Shown here: positions 55,300-64,000 of the stretch, one piece after another
Position numbering within the stretch: the first letter of the stretch is position 1
How the letters are laid out: each line of letters begins with the position of its first letter
Origin: Ptychomitrium polyphyllum
Lineage: Eukaryota
Assembly: GCA_973851085.1 (NCBI GenBank)
Contig: OZ316775.1
Coordinates: 10,602,001-10,666,000 of the forward strand
DNA: 64,000 nucleotides
Direction of reading: 5' to 3'
Position numbers and translations under genes: made by a program
The notes under the pieces: model-generated
Told to the model about the DNA's origin: nothing
Database searches by the model: none
Seen by the model: only the letters and a program-made list of their open reading frames with translations

Positions 55300-57636
55300 A
55301 CGACAAATTGCTGTAATTAGATTTTCGAGTGATCCAGTTATGTATGCAGATTCGCAAATACAGGAGTCCCACCTCTGTATTCAAAGATGTGGACGATGAT
55401 TGTCAGCTCACGAAGGAGAATATTCTAATATAAAGCAAGCAAGAGATCCCTACATTTGCGATGAACGATCCCGTAGAATAGGGAATTTGTCAGTTGGAAA
55501 AAGTATCTGGATTCGAGATCGCAGTTGAAAAGTTCAATTTTACAAGAAAATTTGTTCAACTGGCCCGGGCTGATGACTGTGGTATACAGCCAGTTTGGGC
55601 AGAGGACAGAGCAATAGGCAGAGCCAAATCATACTGTTCAAGACTTGGGGCTATTCACTTCTTTCTTTCTTTCAAGACTACAGTCTTCCCTGATGTCTTC
55701 AACCTTGCAGTGGTTCATGCTGCACTGTCTATTCGAGCAAAGTAATCTCCACCCGATAGTCTACAAATATAGGTTCAAACGCATCTAATGAGTCACAACT
55801 CTCTATAGTTTTTGCATCACTATTTGGTAGTTACATATTAGTGGCATACTTAAGGAAAATCATAGATTACTTATTAGTTCTGCTGTTACTATCTGGATGG
55901 CAATCTCACCATTTTAAATTGAGGCCTTTCACCATTTTCCCTTGCTCATCTTTTATCGAACCTTCTCAAGCCAACCATGTGTAACACGCTGATGTACCTG
56001 GCCTGAACTTCTGAACTAGTAATCACAATACATAAAGCTGTCTACATTAATCCTAGGAGATGCAAATTCATAGCAGAGGATGAAAGAGAGACGATAGCTC
56101 AATTTCAGGTCCCATTGAATCACTAGTATTTCGTGTTTAAAATATCTACTGCAGAGAACACTTTCGGCACCTTTGAGGTTATAGCTTATCAGACAAATTG
56201 CAAAGCATCAACATACTACGCTAGGTAGACATCCCTTGGATAAAAGACGAATACTCTCATTCTCCAACTCTTGAGATTTGTTTCTTTCCCTCCATATCTA
56301 GGATAAAACTCCTGCAAGCTCTGAGCACCTGTAGATGTTCGGGATAAATTGGTAGACGTCCAAAAAGTCCTTCAATATAAAGTAGAATGTGAGTGCAATC
56401 ACCACCATTCCACATCTAAGTAGGTACACAGTACGTAGTAAGCTGTTACATTATAGCAGCGTGATAACAGAAGAATCCTAACAGAAGTGGTGACTAACTT
56501 ATATCATGCAAATATTGAGGAGCACAGTATATGTATCACCACCTCGAGTAATTCTTATGGCCAGCTTCTGCATTAGAATTGAGAATGAAACTCAAGAGAT
56601 CGCACATAAAAGGAAGCAAGCATGTGAAGCAAGGAGCCCTCTAAATTTGGCGTAACTTGATGATAGCACACAGGTTGGAGATGGCCAGGCACTTACGTAC
56701 TACTTAAGCTCCGGGATGTCCGTAGTTGGACAGTCATTTACCGCAGTGACTGCCATTCGCTTCCAATGGCATATATAGACTCTAAAAATTCAACAAACTT
56801 TTCTCAGGAACTACAAGACCTCAATCAAACGGAACGTTGCATACTGCTGCATATACTCCTTACTTCGAACTTCCACGCTATAACAGTAAAGCGTTCCTCT
56901 TCCAACATTTGCAGGAAACATTGATAATGAACACAAATTCTAATGTCATCTATTACACAATGTCATAAATGTATTTTCTCTCTTAAACATTACATTCACT
57001 GCTACCTCTACGAACAGACGATGATATATATCATAATTCCTCTCTTCTCGCAATCAGGACGTCATTCTAGACATTTCTGAAATCCAAACGAAGATCACTA
57101 AATAGCAAAGAAAATGTTCAGAACTTCTATAGGACAATAAAGGAACCAAAGCCTCATCACACAAGCTTACTTCACAGTACGTCAATTTTTTCTTGCAAGT
57201 GGAAGATAAAGGACGACAGTGGAAGAAGAACTTCCTTCTGAGCACGCTTTGTCGAATTCCTCTGACGTTGAACACCAATTCTCGTATACTGGCCACACAG
57301 CTTCCACGGAGGCCTCATCAAATGGCGCTCCTCCCAAGCCAATGCCCTTATCAGACGGCAGATGGTCTCCTTTCACTTCAGGAGTGAAAATAAGTATGCT
57401 AATCCAGAAAATCCCTCCAGTTTCAAGAGGAATGCGTTGAATTCTAGCACCACTGCTGTGCGTTGTAGCAAATTGCAAAAAGCAATAAAACAAGAAACCA
57501 ATTCTGAATGCCCTCCGACGCTCTTCGTGACAAATGGCATGGAAGTGAAGAAGAGCAGTAGACTTTCCTTTTCGTGGTTGTGAGAAAAATGAGCAAGGGC
57601 TTGGAGGTCCGTGGCTATGACAATAGCCATGGCCAA
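55300..57636 (-). pseudogene. Possible degenerate multi-exon gene relic, unidentified
   Basis: GC-richer blocks bounded by minus-strand splice-like signals. Translations such as 'MAMAIVIATDLQALAHF...' (from 57636) and 'GGAPFDEASVEAVWPVYENWCSTSEEFDKAC' look protein-like, but stops interrupt the frames. Confidence 0.25.
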
Positions 57637-58854
57637 TGTGTTGTCAAAGCCTTAGCGAAGACGAGGAAAGGTATCCTCCTGGGTATCACCATGGTACCAC
57701 ACACAAGTATTACTCGAGTAGAAATTAAGTAAACCTACGTATCAGGTAGATATCATTGAGTAGTCGATGAAGAGAACGTCTCCAAACTCCTCAGTTTGAA
57801 GGAAGAGAGTTAGTTCCACCAGCTCGAGAGAGGCCTAAGACCACGGAAGTCTAGGTGTTTTTTAGCGTTAGACCATGCCTGCTGCTCCCAGTGCAATTTT
57901 TTAGGAATTGTAGATTAGAGCTATTGGGACAGTAGAAAGGCCATACCCTTGTAGGCTGAGTGCATCAGGGTAGTGTGTAACAAACGACGCCCCTGGCGTG
58001 GTATCAACAACCCTTTTCAGGCTGTTGCAAACATGTTTGATCCGAGAATTGGTTTCAGAATTTCATCCTTCGTGGCTACAGCCATCACCATCTTGGCCTT
58101 GTTGTTCTCTTTGTTTCAACGATGTGGGTGTCAAGCAGAAGAGGCAGATATGCAAAGGTGCTTTAAACCCCCCTAAAAATTTAGACCTCCATTAGCACCT
58201 CCCAGATTCATAGCCAAGGCCGAGGAACTTCCAATATGGATTTCGACAAGGAAGTGGCAGGAGATGAGAGAGGAGTTCCAGCCAGAGATGAGGAGGATTA
58301 ATTGTCTTTTAAATAAGATGAGAAGTCTATCATGTCAGAAAAATCTTTGCACTGATTCTACAGCAACCAAGAAAGATTCAAACTGCTCGTCTCTGGAAGC
58401 AGCTGTATAGGCAAATGAGTAACATACAAGCTATATGTAAGTACAAGAGGAGGATAGGTTGTGCTTTGACAAATTCAAAGCATTTGAATTCGCAGGTTCA
58501 GTTATAGTGATGATGTAGGTTCTTGACTTTATTTGATTGTGCAGACCCCTCTTTAACTGGAATTGAAACATGCTTTGGTCTATGAATGCAATCTATTCTT
58601 TTAACTGAACGTACAGTGTATGTTTTAGTTATATGAGGTATACATTGACCTCTTTTATTTAATTTTGGTTGTTTAAAATTAGTTGTTTAAAAAAAAATTA
58701 TTGCATGTTATTAAAGTATACAGCAATTGATTAAAATTCAATAAAATTCAGATAGGCTTGAAATATAAATGTAATTTGTTTTTAATAAAATAGTATTGTA
58801 TCTTTTGAGTTGTAAGGTACATGCTTCATTTTCCACAATGTCAAACTGAATCAC

Positions 58855-58914
58855 AAATTGCACAATTATAAGTATTAAATTGCACAATTATAAGTATTAA
58901 ATTGCACAATTATA
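58855..58914. repeat. 22-bp tandem repeat, ~2.7 copies
   Basis: AAATTGCACAATTATAAGTATT repeated. Confidence 0.9.
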
Positions 58915-60119
58915 GGTTGAGCAATGTTGACAGAAGAAAGGGATTATCTTATTAACTGCAATTAAATTTAGCTTGCTTACAGTTGGACCTCTAACAATGA
59001 GATAGAAGTTGTTAGGAAATGCAAGAGGACAATTCGGAATTTGTTGCATGAGTTCATAATGTAAAGGAAAGTATGGATTGAAAAATCATATGAAACATAT
59101 CATTGCTCTATGTACACATTATTTTTACACAATGTGACATAGTCTAGCTATCTATTCTCCAAATGCAATTGGTGTTTTTTATTGTTTATATAATGTAACA
59201 TTTTTTTTTAGCATATATAAGAAACAAATTCATCTTTAATGTATATAAGATTAAAATGATTTTTTTAAAAAGGCCTTATAAAATGTATCCAACTTCTTTA
59301 ATATAAGAATCTTGTTTGTGCTCTTGAACATGCCAACATTAATATCTAAGTATTTTATTGTATAATCAACAAAGGCTTAGAAGTGTAGACTCTAGCCTTT
59401 AATTTTAAAACAATAGTAGTTTTGAAGAACTACCAATGGCGTACAAATATAAAAATGTATAGAAGTTTGTAGATTTATTCATGATAATAATGAATCTTTA
59501 TATTCTAAGAAATGTTATTTTAAACCATAAATTGACATTCATAACATCCACAATATACTTTAATATATCACAATATTTTAAACAAATAAATAGACTTGCA
59601 TAATGAATATGCTATATTAACAATACATTGGGAAGACAAAAAATTATAAATTTGAACATTGGAAAGTTTTCTTTTCATTGGAATCATGATTTTTACAATT
59701 CTTAATAATGATTGCAAATTAATGTCTAAAAGTGCTTTTATTGGAAGTACCAATATATTGCAGCAAAAGAACATTGCCTTGTAGAAGTATCGGGCTCCTT
59801 AACTGCTACTAGTCATTCAACAAAATGACAAGTCAGTATAACACAATTTTTTCTCCATTGCCAAGGATTTTAAATCCTTACTACTTCTAGTTTCCATATC
59901 TTCCTCATAATTTTAAATTAAGACTTAAAATTTAATATGTGCTTTATTAATCTTGTTGATTATACATCCATAAAATCTCACATGCAAGTTATTCTTTTAA
60001 TTCCTTTCATCAATTGTAACGTTATATCAAAACTCTGCTGTATTTTGCTTTTCAAAGTTTTGGTTATACTTTATCTTCTACTTCTTATCATTAAAACCTT
60101 TTGCTCTCCAAATTTTTAA

Positions 60120-60777
60120 GTCATCATTTTGAAATAATAAAAAAACTATCTTTTAAATTTCATCATCAAAAATTGTTTATATACAAAGATATAAGCTCCC
60201 AAAGTAGTTGCTCTCAAAAACTCAAGGTAGCTAATCCAACTTTATTCAAACAAGCATTATAATCACATATTAACTTCAAATGAAATGTATAATGGCTTTT
60301 TGAAAAGTTTACAAGTAAAGAAAATAAATCCAACAAAATTCAAGCTAAATTGAGAAATATACAATGAGCCATTGCTGAGAGAAGTGATGCTTTTTTATAC
60401 AAATGAAAGACGCCAAGAGAAAAGAAGAAGGCAATGCTTAAACGACCACTTCTACCTCTTGATTAACTAAATAAGTTTTATTCTTGTCAAATTTGTTGAA
60501 TAGAATGGTGGCACTTAGTTTGTAATTATTAGCAAGAATAGCATTGCTAATGATAATGACAAGGAAAAAAATCCTGCAGTCAATCAACCTAATTATCTTG
60601 AATTAAAACAAGATGCAATTTAATCTCTAAGACAATTAAAATTATGATTTCATCACAATCTTTTTTATCCAACTATTTATTTTTCCTAATATACCTTTTC
60701 AAGTACAATAAATCAAAATCCATAGAATAATAAATATTAGCTAACTTTTAAACTGTACAACTAAATACATCATAACA
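60120..60777 (+). mobile_element. Partial second copy of the 47089-48724 element
   Basis: Collinear matches include TCAAAAACTCAAGG..CAACTTTATTCAAAC (47816/60214) and ATTCTTGTCAA.TTTGTTGA.TAGAATGG (48445/60480), plus a shared 3' end CTAAATA.ATCA...CA. Left end approximate. Confidence 0.75.
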
Positions 60778-62293
60778 ATGATCTTATGCACTCCTTCTTG
60801 GTACATAAACAAAGCATTGAAGCTTCAAGATGGCATTATTTTTCATTAAATCAAAGAAAATGATATTTCAATGAAATTATTAACAAAAACAACAATAATA
60901 AATTATAAAAGAAATAAGAAAAAGATGTATGACAACTTGATTGCAAGGAAATGAGAAAAAAGAGAAAAAAGAAAAGAGATATTGGGTGAAGTAACTAATT
61001 AAACAATTTTGCTCTTGCTCAATGCTTACAAGGACCATTTTCACCATTTTCACTCTCCATGCGTGTATAAATAAAGCCTTGCAAAGCACAGTGGTATGTA
61101 TCTCCATGCATATATGCAAAAACGAACATTCATACCTTTCATAAGATTTTGAAAACTTCTCAGTATTGGAAAGATGTGTTTTTAAAAATGAAAATATATG
61201 GCGGTAGTTTCAAAGCCCTTAAAGGTAGGCTATTACCATCGAAGGCCCAACCAACCTTCAGGTGTGTGCTTACCACAAGGCTGTTAAAAAATGTTATGTA
61301 AGGGCACAAATGAAAATATGTTAATTTCAATACTTACGTGCTCGACAAAGTAGCCCATTTTGTGCACCAATGGCGTCCAGTTCCAGACTCTGGGGACGGT
61401 CAGTCAACCTGAGGAAGCGGGATGCGGCTCCCATTCTGAACCACTTTGCAACGCACCTACGAACCACGTCTGAATAGAATTTCCACAGGAAGGTGGCCAT
61501 GGCTGGCGTCACGCATGATCCTGCCCCAAAAGCAACAGTCGCTCCGAGCTTCGCAAAAGTAACCAGGATGCTGAGCTGTAGTTTGTGATTCAATAGGTTT
61601 CGGTTCCACGCTCACCTCAACCGCGAGGATGCCTGCGGGTTGCTTGCAAATCGAGTGACTGGTAACTATGGGCCCTCTAGAACCTTTGAAGCCTTCGAAG
61701 TCTTGGACCCTTCAGTGAGAAAGGGAACAATCTGGTAATGTTAATAAGGAACAGAGCTCTAATGGCCCCACCAAGCTAAATAAATTGAAAACGTGGCTGC
61801 TGTCCCCATGAGGTGAGATTGTGTGAAGAAGAGGTGGAGCCATGTGCACCGGGCAGCCTGCAACCTGGGACCTACAACCTGCAACTGTGAGTAGGATTAA
61901 GTTGGGGAAAATTCCTTCTCCGACACACATGTGTATAGTATCGTCTGGCACCATGAGTCGTTTCATTTTCTCAACGTGGGTTGTCGGTACTAGAAGAACT
62001 GTCACGAGGAACCGCACTTCCAAATCAGGTGGATCAGGTGAAGCTCTTTGTGAGTATACATTCACGTGGACCACTTGGTCTTTGCATCTCGCACCTTATC
62101 AGATTATATTGTTCTCGTGGCAGTTGACTTAAGCTCCTCATCATTCCCACACTTCGAGTGCAGCTCTTCAGTTTTGTTCTCTTGTCTGCTCTTGTTTGAA
62201 GTCCGTAACTCAAACTTGAAGTTGTCGAGAGATATGAGCTTGTCGGCAAGGGACACTCCCTCTTGTCAGAAAATGGTTAGAATGAAGTAGGCC

Positions 62294-63800
62294 ATGGGAG
62301 ACGAAGTCGAGGAGAAAGCAGCTGGTATGGAGCTGATGAAACCAACTCAAATTGGGCTCCATCAGCTAAAGCACAGGTAATCAATCAATAACACTTCTCT
62401 CCAACCCTGATCTGATGAATCATTCTGCCAGCTTCTTCAAGAATCTTGCAGAGATTTTTCTAAAGATTTGACAAGATAGTTTAAACACATCAATGCGATG
62501 ATAGGATCAGAAGATCGGCTCAAGAAAGAACATACTGAATCATGGATTCGGGTAAAGTAAAAGTTTTCTCTCTGTCAATTGCTCGGGAACTTTGGCTACC
62601 ATGGCATGGTGCCGAGCACGGAACACACTGGCTACCTCTCTGATGAACGAGTTCTATTGCCAAAGAGCGACTGAAGGAGGCCTTCTACTTCGGAAGGCGT
62701 TTGCGTGGCTGCAAATGATCATGGGTATGTTCTCCAGCACTTCAATTAGTTCATTGATACCACTCTGGCTACATTTCTAGTAAAGAGTTGCATCATTACT
62801 GACACAATCAACCCATGAAATTAAGCCTTTTCTGTAATGTAACAGGTTCTTGAACATTGCGGGGATCCACTCAAATGAGCAAATTGAGTCGTAAAAACGG
62901 ATCACGAAAGCAGTGCACAATATTGGCGCGACGTTTTTCCTGCAACTATGGCATGTAGCAAGAGCATCCCACAGGTAAAGAACCCTTGACAACTTTTACA
63001 GCAATGAAAATCGGTAATCGTCGTCAGAATGTCAGAACGAATTGATTGTCAGAAACTAAAGGGTTCATTTCTCTCTCCGTAGGAGCAGAGTTGCAACCTG
63101 GGAATGCGGCACCGATCTCTTCGGTGAGCAGTCCAGTGCCCATGCCATGGAGAAATCACTCTCATAGATGCAGATGGTAAAAGCTCAAAGCATATGTACT
63201 CCACCCCTCGATCACTCCGCATTGACGAGATTCCAGAGATTATTCAATACTTCAAAATCGGGGCAAAGGACACTACTAATGACCGCACGGATGCATACGG
63301 GGGCTCCATGAAGAACCGATGCAAAGTCCTGCTCGAGGTTACCCACGCTGTCATTAACGAAATCGGTGCCCACAGGACAGCCGTCCGAATCTCGCCATGC
63401 AGTGTGTATAACGCAGCTCATACCGATATAAACTCCAAAGCTCTCCTCTCATACCTACTCGCAGAGCTACACAAGCTAAAACTGGCGTACATCCACTTAA
63501 CTGATCCCGAATTCGCCTCCATTGTGGACAACTTCACCTGGGCGCCCCAATATGGCCATCTCACGAAGCATAGAACTACTCTTTTGCTTGTCAGTGAGGG
63601 CCATACCCGCGAATCTGGGAACGAAGCAGTGCGCTCTGGGTACGCAGATCTGGTGGGGTTTAAACGATCCTTCATAGCCAACCTAACTGGTGAAGAAGTT
63701 CCGGAAGGGCGCTCCTCTGAATGCTCCGAATCCTGCGACGTTCTAAGGAGATTGTACTAAACGAGGGTACACAGACTATCCATTTCTCGAAGTCAATTAG
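62294..63800 (+). pseudogene. OPR: 12-oxophytodienoate reductase (OPR / old yellow enzyme family) pseudogene
   Basis: Exons ~62294-62376, ~62580-62724, 62846-62974 and ~63085-63800 encode OYE motifs (QLKHR, EFYCQRATEGGLL, FFLQLWHVARASH, NDRTDAYGGSMKNRCK, GYTDYPFL). Lesions: frameshift in exon 2, TAA at 62892 and 63744, further frameshifts, and deletion of the catalytic segment at 63268/63269. Confidence 0.9.
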
Positions 63801-64000
63801 CACTTCTTATTCCTAGATAATTTTTGATAGGAAAACATAGGAAGGACAGGGAGTTCGAACAGTTCAGAGGACCTTTTGAACGTACAGATGGTGTTGAGAT
63901 CTGCTTCAACCTCTAATAGGAGTTCCAGATAAACATGGAAATTTGAGAGGCACATGAAATAATGTGCTAGTCAACAGGTAAGAAGCCAGAGCCACCAACT

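Overview
Eukaryotic plant nuclear DNA, most likely a moss such as Physcomitrium patens. This is inferred from the miR535 hairpin, intron style and AT-rich decayed LTR-retrotransposon landscape. Supported genes: an intact four-exon TGD2 (MlaD/MCE plastid lipid importer) gene on the minus strand (3236-5373), a MIR535 hairpin (~41470-41592) and an OPR/old-yellow-enzyme pseudogene (62294-63800). An unidentified, micro-exon-rich transcription unit appears to lie head-to-head with TGD2. Most of 9-38 kb and 44-54 kb is transposon debris: a chromovirus-type Gypsy with a nested solo LTR, a Copia element with two nested solo-LTR-like inserts, and Sola-like and PIF/Harbinger-like transposase relics. An inverted pair of LTR-like repeats 20 kb apart has an apparently identical 554-bp core but diverged flanks. 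No prokaryotic-type system (CRISPR etc.) is present. I cannot confirm a new biological system from the sequence alone; the best leads are the micro-exon locus and the homogenised inverted repeat.
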